This document shows, piece by piece, positions 34,201 to 40,550 of a stretch of 61,518 nt of DNA. Origin of the DNA: Fidelibacterota bacterium (lineage in GTDB: Bacteria > Fidelibacterota > Marinisomatia > Marinisomatales > Marinisomataceae); contig JAQXAG010000048.1 in the NCBI GenBank assembly GCA_029253045.1, forward strand, positions 1 to 61,518. Reading direction: 5' to 3'. The position numbers were made by a program, and so were the translations under genes. How positions within the stretch are numbered: the first letter of the stretch is position 1; each line of letters opens with the position of its first letter. The notes below the pieces were generated by a model. It was not told the origin of the DNA and did not search any database. It was given only the letters and a program-made list of their open reading frames with translations.

Positions 34201-35937
34201 GGAGCAAGAGCGATGTCCAAAGTAGAAGACCAAACAAGAAGAGAGCAAGAATTTGATTTAGTACGAAACGACCCAACATCTACGAGAGCTGAAATAGCAA
34301 GGGCCGAAGCTGATATGGTGTCAAGAACGATAGGAACTAAAGATCAAAGAACTAAAATGACTGACATGAGGGGTGACTTAGCTACATATAACAGAAGTTT
34401 AAAAGGAGAAGAAGAACGTAAGTTAAATGCAATATCTACTGGAGATAAAGATTCTCAGGCTAGTGCTGAGGCGCAGATAGTAGATTTAAAGGATGCTATA
34501 TTAGAATTAGATACATCTATGGAGGATTTAGCCCTAGAGATGACTAGGACAACTCCTAGGGATAAAGGTTTTATGGGTGAATTTACAGAAAATACATCTA
34601 TGGGTTTAAAAATGGGATTTGCTGAGATAGAAGAGCAATCCGAACTAATTTATACTAGGTTGGGTAGAGATTTGCCTATGCTCTTTAGGGACGGCCTAGT
34701 TGATGCAATGCAAGCTGCAATTGACGGAAGTCAAAGCTTAGAAGATTCTTTTAGGCAAATTGGTGTCACACTTTTACAAAACATACAAAAAGCATTCTTG
34801 ACTAGCGCATCAAATAGAATAACAGGAGCTGTAGGAAATCTTTTTGACATAGATGGCTACAACTCAGGGGGATATGTAAATGGTGGCAGCGGAACTAAAG
34901 ACGATATTCCTGCTATGTTGATGGGTGGAGAATACGTAATAAAGAAAAGCGCTGTTGATAGATATGGAGTTAACTTTCTTGAAAATCTAAATAGTGGAAC
35001 TTTGCCTGGATTTAGAGATGGAGGAGGAGTTAATTTAGCTATAGGTGGGCCAAAAGTAGCAGAAAGAGAAAAATTTATTGATGAAAATAAATATGGAAAT
35101 GTTACTAGATACAAGACTACAAAAGCTGGAATAGGTATAAACAGTTCATTATCTTCATATGCCATAAATAACGATAGGTCTATTCAGAAATACTTTAGAG
35201 ATCAAGAGGGGCAATTCAATCAAGATATATCAACAAGAAATCAAGAAAAACAAAGAAAGAAACAAGAAGAGTACCAGAAAAAAGTAGAAAAAAATCAAAT
35301 GTGGAATGCGCTTATAGGCATTGCTGGCTCAGCTTTATTAAGTAAAGCTATTGATTTTGGTATGGATAAATATAATCAAACTGATTTTGCAAAAAATAGA
35401 GCGGCTAAAAAAGCTCAGCGCTCGATGGATGATAAAGGTTATGTTGACGTAAGAGGAAGAAGCATAAATAAAATTTATAAAAAACCTTCTGAAGCAGCAA
35501 AAGTTAGAAGTGAGATTAGAAGTGTTCATAGGAATAATGGGTGGGAAGCTTCTTCAGCCCTTATGAGGGATTATGGAATTGGGGGTTCTGTTGATAAGGA
35601 TGGCATAGTTATAAGAAACAAAGGGGGCGGAGTTCCATCTAGACTTACAGGCGGAGAATATGTAATGAGTCCTAGTGCTGTAAAAACTTACGGATCAACC
35701 TTAATGGAGGGCTTAAATAGCGGTTCTGTTTCAGCTCCAAGTACTTCAGGAGGAGGAGGGTCAGGGCAAGTAAGCAATATTAGTCATGGTGATGTTAATA
35801 TTAGTATTAATGTTGATGGTTCTGGGGGAACATCTGGAGGGGCTGATATTAATTCTTCAGAATTTGCAACTAAAGTTAAAAGTGCTGTAATGCAGGTGAT
35901 ATCAAAAGAAAAAAGAGTGGGAGGCACCTTAAGATAA
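25300..35937 (+). CDS. tail tape measure protein, 3,545 aa
   Basis: The N-terminal ~330 aa match the TP901-family TMP core pattern (TEINIVMGLTNSQLDDFSKGLFKVAKNTAQSFSTVATAATELARQGL...DLIDAVSRAGAVAQDAGVSFDQLLGAVTAAQQQT). There are long coiled-coil stretches and Gly/Ala-rich hydrophobic segments (nt ~26590-26650, 30880-31130, 31690-31830, 35310-35350). The canonical C-terminal motif is present twice. The gene sits between the major tail gene and the tail-tip genes. Confidence 0.9.
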   Translation: MPLKIPTVQVGLEKSIQKAVKNVSSRGGLNLSLNDRNFTRPLGKITGSVSEFNKSLEASNARVLAFGASVGIINGVQTAFKALLQTTIQVEKQLTEINIVMGLTNSQLDDFSKGLFKVAKNTAQSFSTVATAATELARQGLTMEETLKRTNDALILTRLTGLDAANAVSGLTAALNTFNKAGLDSTKILSKMAAVDVQFAVSTEDLIDAVSRAGAVAQDAGVSFDQLLGAVTAAQQQTARGGKVIGNSFKTIFTRVQRSSTISRLEELGIAVRDIAGNTLPAITVLENLSKTYETLADTTKAAVAEQVGGVFQINILKAAINDLSSANSILARATQISASATDEAYKKNEILNRSLSALSSQAASSIKELANLVGDIGFSDQIRDYLTFIRDQVSGISDFLGQKEGESAGADFAKGLIAGIGNVISGPGLFLAGAVLIKLFAKTSQFLLGSAKELMGVVSASQKQKRIQESIVTVLGENSNLQRRILSQEGNRAAQEKTILTLLQAQNREQQRIAAAAKAIGPSVLRAGFNTGLSKGKSGGHIPNYVSAEERIMEKQGARSGGYSAGSVKSMNVGGRGRVVYNTAEKVKKFPGLSEPAIMPPQQSSAGKKYQNSFEQIHGFNPYSNKGMVPNYANPRSKVFAKEMGGGQVGGPPRQVTFTSMVGSKKFVDAQTMEIPVSGSDKMGLQVIFTGDSPQSLRGQGYGTELYEHMAGYAKKKGYAGLYGDMGTSISAMRVIDSIAKRKTFKVEKAKDLKFHKDDFETEGMWGSDDWTYKLSSQGKIPNYALSNTPVGADFLLGLSAASPANYKTSTIAKYEAHKDPTKLNDLLSSPQRTLEALKYLDNKGLNQVKDSMLSTGLLTDRDWELVKQGVGKKPEGNIADILRKTPARDLLNYMSGNTDRISGNIPGTFLRLMDRDERDKIALDMIGRTGVSGVVKKQVGLMGKSKNRMRDAQMEVMSSDVPRLAYNPERGITKARSQGYLLAQMYRTGNPRASQPFYPDSFIDSKGELKKFRKFGDFSERQNRIKKIADQRRIESSFSSGQGSLMRGAALNQNSGRNLLLSNLAAGGVRNQKAVQDFEQLISREQNPLTSKQAISKIAPSITLNKDLEDYYKKLRKRSRGRFGFSDGMIPNYAMRIDPTKISPFASRARAGKINSSKHDGVIGMSKLSEILNGRLFTSIKYQKSGGGGTQDLFLSGARSGVHKYKKGAPPPAKYTSYADMDAKTGTTVVHANSAGVGEKGYRRLKLNRVDSVVSQGKHFKVDPNMANAGMVPNFMLGKIRTVAQAVGMFKKDTGLFSALSGKNFWSRRTNSIKLRESNYDEVRQFINSRSFRSLPEGERNKILKDLKNQSENLNVNDVTRSYFQYGDPDYQGRIHASSGAIPNYANLFSGGASKVLSKNPQYGGAVKDAIAREASFGLTPRVVQAPSLRSSRNPGLAVVNQEQEGGRLSNARKLHGGLNPNKKSSAIPNYAIQPVGLSEVIQSRVGALREVDALGLDAVSKSAERASQTIDELSASTQKGEDFLKQQSQQYANSAELIKENNLREKARLGTLKRESVERKKYMRETFRKDALGSLAGTDGPMGDLAKSLQGEGFEKNLRTQMGVAQQSGDVETLKGLERLNDAIDRSASSAMDDPKTQAKFLEDSLKKASRDEKRLERFRGTKGYGQTELKKFFAQEFLSQRGVQTTDQTQALSVLSSMGRRGQEDFKAFTQEQGVLSSNKALARSGLRTGQFGSLVKGDGSNFISKLEKFQNKLDAGESTRSLRKDLFREAAKVGKNSDSAQTLQAMVANTRQQQKEDKQQKRRDARARLGQRQLRQGGGFRASFLSGTGGSNLRSSGIIGGLGNRLGRTAGAARAGAGNFVKSGFAGGFGGQVGLGLSIVAPMLAGMIANQTPREDRATLKNGRFEVGGTGKDMASSTLMGVGMGAIFGAPGAIAGGFIGFINSMKKATLTIDEQIRVREKEIALIGQNMQAAQSIQNLSTSRAQALATGDMDKVANVDTAMNQALAGVNDIDTLKRLASAGGDNDALSQIQRGLQDQMTNAVSVQNFGVALKNSDQVKAAKNAGVAMGSMIAQAIRNEDMDEGTALETLRNIQTSTAEKEGMGMLDTKSLNSLRKRAEGAQGMTSPGTLGGAGVGLAAAGGLALAGVATGGAALVVAALLAGGGALAGRGIESSMAEGDLEDAQKLGLDEINELSKLVEAGAMTEVQMQQLTAAFREGEISIGDIAKEAEGAVIEFQKIKKASDRASEALFNIDQTFKRTISKMAVSLEVDKIRSGAKSSVDRSNANFSSQFMSGKDASSFLGRRQSKILANDASARIGQFSRETDIGFLRDVKAKSKNLNFGGPQMEFIRKTVEESGVAPIESMVRSRKMDGVMNLNLDTGRLDDIFEALGVQGGVEKFQANSSITMPENINDLAGSLGTNNKEEQKRIVDEIIQNLPEIRKTGEMQTSFTRELAEPDAKMLTEILDSRKEQFQIIQEQILAERKNLSVQIAQNNIQSHIQNDLELLQREMENRAMAEETKLLGIKGRSQTTKSFASFEGGEMFRGMNSDSEENSRQAKLRKQIFDEDMKVRKAEALNALKREAQKILSEKNLINALNDLKSSIDEQLDEAAKEGDISQGQGGGLLVDKGGQGGGAAGVGKRLSVFKSVEGSSKINDQIQKEGTQITNKKSEIKTINAKKEKQVSTQNKKETEIKTITDYLNRVSSANKLPENKVFSKNGFSLGNIQRINLRESALDDIRDDLKRDPKMSAQLAQTTYSEGGDGFDDGGVVQRTRDATAGEMSGRLKELLGERENELKAATEKVAKRDTDIAALEADIQTREERIKKLEENLRGSVVELSDVLKGQNIKLEKINLINTKELQDKIQGATNLEEVTSVFESEIKRLGEGRVDEVISARIKTLTEVMKSLNSGLTEAERGFNVAEAQRAMEDFNSNLNFSSYSKSSFNSIRGMDNVNIRSMAGARAMSKVEDQTRREQEFDLVRNDPTSTRAEIARAEADMVSRTIGTKDQRTKMTDMRGDLATYNRSLKGEEERKLNAISTGDKDSQASAEAQIVDLKDAILELDTSMEDLALEMTRTTPRDKGFMGEFTENTSMGLKMGFAEIEEQSELIYTRLGRDLPMLFRDGLVDAMQAAIDGSQSLEDSFRQIGVTLLQNIQKAFLTSASNRITGAVGNLFDIDGYNSGGYVNGGSGTKDDIPAMLMGGEYVIKKSAVDRYGVNFLENLNSGTLPGFRDGGGVNLAIGGPKVAEREKFIDENKYGNVTRYKTTKAGIGINSSLSSYAINNDRSIQKYFRDQEGQFNQDISTRNQEKQRKKQEEYQKKVEKNQMWNALIGIAGSALLSKAIDFGMDKYNQTDFAKNRAAKKAQRSMDDKGYVDVRGRSINKIYKKPSEAAKVRSEIRSVHRNNGWEASSALMRDYGIGGSVDKDGIVIRNKGGGVPSRLTGGEYVMSPSAVKTYGSTLMEGLNSGSVSAPSTSGGGGSGQVSNISHGDVNISINVDGSGGTSGGADINSSEFATKVKSAVMQVISKEKRVGGTLR
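26920..29721 (+). repeat. seven-fold G-x-(I/V)-P-N-(Y/F)-A motif array within the TMP (protein-level repeat)
   Basis: GHIPNYV 26920-26940; GMVPNYA 27181-27201; GKIPNYA 27637-27657; GMIPNYA 28687-28707; GMVPNFM 29113-29133; GAIPNYA 29443-29463; SAIPNYA 29701-29721. All are in the TMP frame, at aa 541, 628, 780, 1130, 1272, 1382 and 1468. Confidence 0.85.
27208..27560 (+). other. GNAT-like N-acetyltransferase module embedded in the TMP (candidate)
   Basis: MGLQVIFTGDSPQSLRGQGYGTELYEHMAGYAKKKGYAGLYGDMGTSISAMRVIDSIAKRKTFKV fits GNAT motif A (beta4, then R/Q-x-x-G-x-G/A, then helix; RGQGYG at nt 27394-27411). It is followed by beta5-alpha4-beta6-like segments. The module is bounded by IPNYA motifs 2 and 3 (~145 aa). 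Confidence 0.4.
34867..35724 (+). other. two copies of the canonical C-terminal TMP motif (IPxxLxxGEYV...AV..YG...LE.LNSG)
   Basis: GGYVNGGSGTKDDIPAMLMGGEYVIKKSAVDRYGVNFLENLNSG (34867-34998) and NKGGGVPSRLTGGEYVMSPSAVKTYGSTLMEGLNSG (35617-35724). I recognise this as a motif common near the C-termini of siphovirus TMPs. Confidence 0.7.
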
Positions 35938-35938
35938 T

Positions 35939-36772
35939 ATGGCAATAGGATATGTTCATAATGCTGACCAAGAATTTCACATAAACGGATTACAAGTTTC
36001 TGGAGTTTCTTCTTTAAATGCATCTTATAACATCCCAACGGAAAATAATGATTACTTGGGGTATGTAGGTCCAGCTGAGTTTTTTCAAAACGCACCTGGA
36101 GTATGCAATCTTTCATTTGAAAGATCTATGATTACTGACGACAAGCCCATAACTGAATTAATAGGTTCTACTAGTGGGTTTGATGGCGGATTAAGTTTTA
36201 ACTCTAAGAATTTTAATTTTCAAAGCGGTTTCATTAATTCTTACCAATGCTCTTTTTCTGTGGATAATATTGCAGAGTCTAGTATATCAATATCAGCTTT
36301 TGGGGAAGTAGGCCCTAATGTAGAGATAAAAAAACATACACAGACACAAAATGAATTATTCATTCCCACTAGTAGTGGTATAAATATTGAGTGCGACGGA
36401 AGAGAAAGCAATAGAGTACTAAGTTTTTCTTTTAATACTCAAATTGATAACGAACCAATATATAAAATAGGATCTATATTCCCATGCGAAGTTACGGTTA
36501 GGACCCCATTAAAACAATCTTTTTCAATAGAAATGGAAATAGATGATTTCGATGCAAAAAATGTATATGATTACATGAGAACAGGTATACATTTAGAAGA
36601 TATAAGAGTTACATTAAGAAGCCAATGCGGGTCACAAAAAGAAGTGGAATATCTTTTTAAAAATGCTCACTTATTATCTCAAAAAATTAATACAGATGCA
36701 GATAACAACACTAAAGTTGAAATGTCTTATTCTACAGTTTCTAGATACAAACCTGATATTTTTTATAGATGA
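35939..36772 (+). CDS. tube-fold tail protein paralogue A (distal tail / tube-initiator candidate)
   Basis: 277 aa, with ATG 1 nt after the TMP stop. Two tube-type motifs: VSSLNASYNIPTENNDYLGY...GVCNLSFE and NRVLSFSFNTQIDNEPIYKIGSIFPCEVTV...QSFSIEME. It aligns by eye with the next gene. Confidence 0.5.
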   Translation: MAIGYVHNADQEFHINGLQVSGVSSLNASYNIPTENNDYLGYVGPAEFFQNAPGVCNLSFERSMITDDKPITELIGSTSGFDGGLSFNSKNFNFQSGFINSYQCSFSVDNIAESSISISAFGEVGPNVEIKKHTQTQNELFIPTSSGINIECDGRESNRVLSFSFNTQIDNEPIYKIGSIFPCEVTVRTPLKQSFSIEMEIDDFDAKNVYDYMRTGIHLEDIRVTLRSQCGSQKEVEYLFKNAHLLSQKINTDADNNTKVEMSYSTVSRYKPDIFYR

Positions 36773-37530
36773 AATATATAAGACATCAAGAATGCGAAGT
36801 AGAAATAAATGGAGAAAAAATTTTTGCAAAAAATGCTTCTCTATCCTCATCTAGCTCTACTAAATCAAATAGAACATATGGGGGAGGTCTAAGACCTTAC
36901 AACTCTACAGATCCCGTAAGCTCATCAGTTCAGTTTTCATATTATATAACAGGTAAAGAAGATTCAATAGATTTATTAACAGGATCTCATCCATGCTCTG
37001 GAAGATTTTGCGGTATAGAATTTTCGGGAGCATACCTCACTAATTACGGGGTTGAGATCGAACCTTACAGGCCAGTTCAGTTTTCAGCATCTTTTGATAT
37101 TTATAGCGGATTTAATCAAGAAACTAAAACAGGTTCTTTTGGGGGAGCGTCAAGTGGACTAGCCAATGGAGCATATACAGAACTATTAAATTTTAATAAA
37201 AATAATATTGGTTTAGATTTTCCGCAAAGAATATCTTACTCTATAGATTGCGAAAGAACACCTAATTATGTTATAGGTTTAGAGCATCCCGTGGACGTAA
37301 GGCATGGAAAAATATCTAAAAATCTTTCTATACAAGGCGAGAATATCGGCAGTGTAATGAATTATTCAGGAAAAGGTTTTGCTAAAATTGAGATCTCCCC
37401 AAGAAATATAGACTATGCAGCAAGAGGTAGAACCCTGAATTGCGAAGGAGTTATAAATAGTCAAAACTTAAGCGTAAGCTCTAGAGGACTATTAAATGGA
37501 TCTATAGATGTCATGGAGAGTGTGAGATGA
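36769..37530 (+). CDS. tube-fold tail protein paralogue B
   Basis: 253 aa, ATGA overlap with the previous gene. EVEINGEKIFAKNASLSSSSS...SSVQFSYYI and PQRISYSIDCERTPNYVIGLEHPVDV...KNLSIQGE parallel the motifs of paralogue A. Confidence 0.5.
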   Translation: MKYIRHQECEVEINGEKIFAKNASLSSSSSTKSNRTYGGGLRPYNSTDPVSSSVQFSYYITGKEDSIDLLTGSHPCSGRFCGIEFSGAYLTNYGVEIEPYRPVQFSASFDIYSGFNQETKTGSFGGASSGLANGAYTELLNFNKNNIGLDFPQRISYSIDCERTPNYVIGLEHPVDVRHGKISKNLSIQGENIGSVMNYSGKGFAKIEISPRNIDYAARGRTLNCEGVINSQNLSVSSRGLLNGSIDVMESVR

Positions 37531-38495
37531 GCGATGTAGTTAATAAAAAACACTTCTGGAATTTAGATAAAGATTTTTATGATACAACAGAAAACTCTGG
37601 AGGGGGTTATTATAATTCATATTCGGATTTTGTTAAAAATTCTAAGATAGAAACTAACTTAAAAAACTTTAAATACAAAAACCCTTTTAGTTTTATTCCT
37701 TCGTATGGAGCTTCAGTATCTATTAATTTTTTAAATAAAGTAAGTAATTACGGAAATAATTATTTAATGGTAGAAGAAAATGGGCTAAATAGAATTATAA
37801 TTACTTTTGAACTTGGTTTCGAGAACAGGGGCGACGATGAATCGGATAATATAATCAGTTATATAAATTCAAAAGGTGGTGCTAAATATTTTCCTTTGCA
37901 GTTTATAGAGAGAGATGGGCTGTCTCTTGAAAATGCCTACAAATCATTATTTTCAATAAACCCCTATATGATTCAAGAGTTTAAATGTAGTTCTATTAGT
38001 TCTAGTTCAAATTATGTAGATAGTAATTCTATTAAACTGGATCTAATAAATGATTTAGCTACTAAATTTAACTCTAGAAATATTATTTACTCAGAATCCT
38101 TGCCGCAAAAAGATAAAGATGTTATAAATGATTATTGGGGCAAAAGCTCTTTAGACATTCAACCTTCATATCCTTTATCCAGAGATGAAGATTTTAATGT
38201 AAAAGAATTAAAATTAGGTAATTCGAAATCTCATTCTGAAGAAGATGGAATAAATGCAAAATTAATGTCTTTATCTTTAAAGTTTGAAGCTATAAACGAC
38301 GAAACATTATTAAAATTATTATCGTTTTTTATATCAAAACATGGAACTGAAACCTTTGAATTTGAATTACAAAGGCCAGAAAGAAAAACTGTTAACTTTA
38401 TGTGCTCTCAAATAAATCATACTTTTTTGTATATGGGATCGCATGATTTGACGGTAAGGGTTAGCGAAGTGCCAATTAAAAGAAAACTTTTATAA
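37527..38495 (+). CDS. minor tail protein (lambda gpM position)
   Basis: 322 aa, ATGA overlap, directly upstream of the L-like gene. The C-terminal FEFELQRPERKTVNFMCSQINHTFLYMGSHDLTVRVSEV is vaguely gpM/DUF2460-like. The call is mainly positional. Confidence 0.35.
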   Translation: MSDVVNKKHFWNLDKDFYDTTENSGGGYYNSYSDFVKNSKIETNLKNFKYKNPFSFIPSYGASVSINFLNKVSNYGNNYLMVEENGLNRIIITFELGFENRGDDESDNIISYINSKGGAKYFPLQFIERDGLSLENAYKSLFSINPYMIQEFKCSSISSSSNYVDSNSIKLDLINDLATKFNSRNIIYSESLPQKDKDVINDYWGKSSLDIQPSYPLSRDEDFNVKELKLGNSKSHSEEDGINAKLMSLSLKFEAINDETLLKLLSFFISKHGTETFEFELQRPERKTVNFMCSQINHTFLYMGSHDLTVRVSEVPIKRKLL

Positions 38496-38535
38496 ATCTC
38501 AATCGAAAAAAATACAAAAAATAATATAATATATA

Positions 38536-39441
38536 ATGGCTTTCTTAAAAAAAGAATCTGTAAATGCTGAACTTTTTAATCACACAAAAAGTGCTCATGT
38601 AGAATTTTTAGAAATATCTGAAATACCAAACTCTGGAGATGTCATTAGACTTCACGGCGGAGTTAACTCAATAAATGAATCAATTTTTTTTGGGGGTAAA
38701 GAGTATTTTTATATTCCATATGAAGGTGTAGACTTTGGAAGTAGGTCTGACGGAAGAGTATCAAGACCCACTATAAAAATAATTAATTATAGCGGATTTC
38801 TTTCGAAGTTCATGTTAGGAAAAGATGATTTAATAAGATCAAGAGTAACTAGAATAAGAACTTTTTTTAGATTTTTAGATAAAGAAAACTTTTTAAATTA
38901 TGATGCTGATAAAGGTTTTTGGGATAAAATGGGAATATCCCCAGATCCAGATGCAAGACTTAGGCCAGATGTATGGTACATAAATCAAAAGATAGAAGAG
39001 AATAAATTTTACATTGAATATGAATTATCCAATGCTCTTGATTTAGAGGGCGCCGTTTTACCCAGAAGGCAAATATTGAATAATTATTGTACATGGAAAT
39101 ACAGAGGAAAAGGTTGCAAGTATAGCGGAGGAGTAGCAGCTGATTCAAACGATGTTAAATTTGATAAAACTTCATTGAACCCAAGAGGTGAGTGGGCTGT
39201 TGGTGAAAATTATATTTTGGGAGATGTTGTTTATGTATGGACTAGGGAGGGGCAGGATCAAAGATCAATAATGTATGTATGCACAGAGCCTCATACATCA
39301 TCAAAAGGACTAAGACCGTCTATAAATACGTCGAATTGGGCTATGGATGCTTGCTCGAAGACCCTAAACGGCTGCAGATTAAGATTCGGTGAAGATAATG
39401 AGCTTCCTTTTGGCGGGTTTCCTTCAAGCAGGCTTTATTAA
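38536..39441 (+). CDS. minor tail protein, lambda gpL-like (Cys-cluster type)
   Basis: 301 aa. NNYCTWKYRGKGCKYSGG (nt ~39081-39130) and the C-terminal CSKTLNGCRLRFGEDNELPFGGFPSSRLY (39351-39438) match the gpL/BR0599-type cysteine cluster and the LPFGGFP ending. Confidence 0.8.
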   Translation: MAFLKKESVNAELFNHTKSAHVEFLEISEIPNSGDVIRLHGGVNSINESIFFGGKEYFYIPYEGVDFGSRSDGRVSRPTIKIINYSGFLSKFMLGKDDLIRSRVTRIRTFFRFLDKENFLNYDADKGFWDKMGISPDPDARLRPDVWYINQKIEENKFYIEYELSNALDLEGAVLPRRQILNNYCTWKYRGKGCKYSGGVAADSNDVKFDKTSLNPRGEWAVGENYILGDVVYVWTREGQDQRSIMYVCTEPHTSSKGLRPSINTSNWAMDACSKTLNGCRLRFGEDNELPFGGFPSSRLY

Positions 39442-39824
39442 TGAAAAGTGAAATTTTAAATAAAATTAAAAAGATTTCAGAATCCCAAAAAGAAGAAGAA
39501 ATTTGCGGGTTTATTGTAGAAGATAAAGGTAAAGAACATTTGGTTGAATGTGAAAATGTGTCTTTTCATAAAAAAGGTAATTTTGAGATATCACAAAAAA
39601 AATTTGTAGAAGTTTTTGAGCAAAATAAAATTTTAATTATTTACCATTCCCATCCAGAAAATACAGAACAGTTTTCAAAAGAAGATATAAATCTTAGTGA
39701 ATCTTTGATTCTGCCAATTATAGTTTATAGTAATCAAACTGAAAAATTTAACATACATATTCCCAAGGGGGTGAAAAGAAATAAATCATTAAACAGGGTG
39801 GAAAAAAGTGTAGTTACTTATTAG
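39441..39824 (+). CDS. JAB/MPN (JAMM) metallopeptidase-domain tail protein, lambda gpK N-terminal-like, without NlpC/P60 domain
   Basis: 127 aa. EEICGFIVE (upstream Glu) plus HSHPENTEQFSKED equals H-x-H-x7-S-x2-D (nt 39645-39686), a complete JAMM motif. It sits between the L-like and I-like genes. Confidence 0.8.
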   Translation: MKSEILNKIKKISESQKEEEICGFIVEDKGKEHLVECENVSFHKKGNFEISQKKFVEVFEQNKILIIYHSHPENTEQFSKEDINLSESLILPIIVYSNQTEKFNIHIPKGVKRNKSLNRVEKSVVTY

Positions 39825-39836
39825 GGAATAAGGTTT

Positions 39837-40547
39837 ATGAAAATATTTTTACATGGAGAGATTGGAAAGAAATTCGGAAAAGAATGGGATCTTAATGTAA
39901 AGTCTCCTAACGAGGCTTTAAGAGCTATAAATGCGAATACAGATAACTTTTTTAAATTCTTATCTAGCAAAGAGAACGAAAATATACACTACAGACTATA
40001 TGTAAACAAAAAACCTGTAAAAAATCAAGATGAACTCGGTTTAGAATCTAAAAATATAAAGAACCTACATTTATTTCCCGTCATTAAAGGGGCTGGAAGT
40101 AATGATAAAGAGGCTTATAGATACATGGGGTATGGAGCCGCTGGGCTTGGATTATCTTATGGAATAGATGCTCTCGGCGACTATGTGGGAGGAACATGGG
40201 GAAAGGTTTTAGGATTTATAGCTGATATCGGTTATGAAATAAGTGGGGCATTAATAACGCAAGGAGCTATAATGCTATTACAAAAAGACCCTCCAGCTCC
40301 TCCTGCAGAGGATGTAGCCCCAGCACAAAAAAATACTTCTTCTTTTACTTTTGCGAGACCTTTAAATAATACAACTCAAGGAGCTCCTATTCCAATTGGT
40401 TATGGTCGATTAAGAATAGGAACTCATGTTGTATCCTCTCATCTCATGAACACTAGGCTCGTGGCTTTTAATCAAGTCAGGGCAGAAGTGATTGACGAAA
40501 ACAACCAAATGGTCGGAGCTATAAACGTAGATCATTACACACTGTAA
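39837..40547 (+). CDS. tail assembly protein, lambda gpI-like
   Basis: 236 aa. The N-terminus MKIFLHGEIGKKFGKEWDLNVKSPNEALRAINANTDNF is beta-grasp-like as in gpI. There is a Gly-rich hydrophobic middle. The C-terminal NNTTQGAPIPIGYGRLRIGTHVVSS matches the gpI C-terminal signature. Confidence 0.8.
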   Translation: MKIFLHGEIGKKFGKEWDLNVKSPNEALRAINANTDNFFKFLSSKENENIHYRLYVNKKPVKNQDELGLESKNIKNLHLFPVIKGAGSNDKEAYRYMGYGAAGLGLSYGIDALGDYVGGTWGKVLGFIADIGYEISGALITQGAIMLLQKDPPAPPAEDVAPAQKNTSSFTFARPLNNTTQGAPIPIGYGRLRIGTHVVSSHLMNTRLVAFNQVRAEVIDENNQMVGAINVDHYTL

Positions 40548-40550
40548 GCT

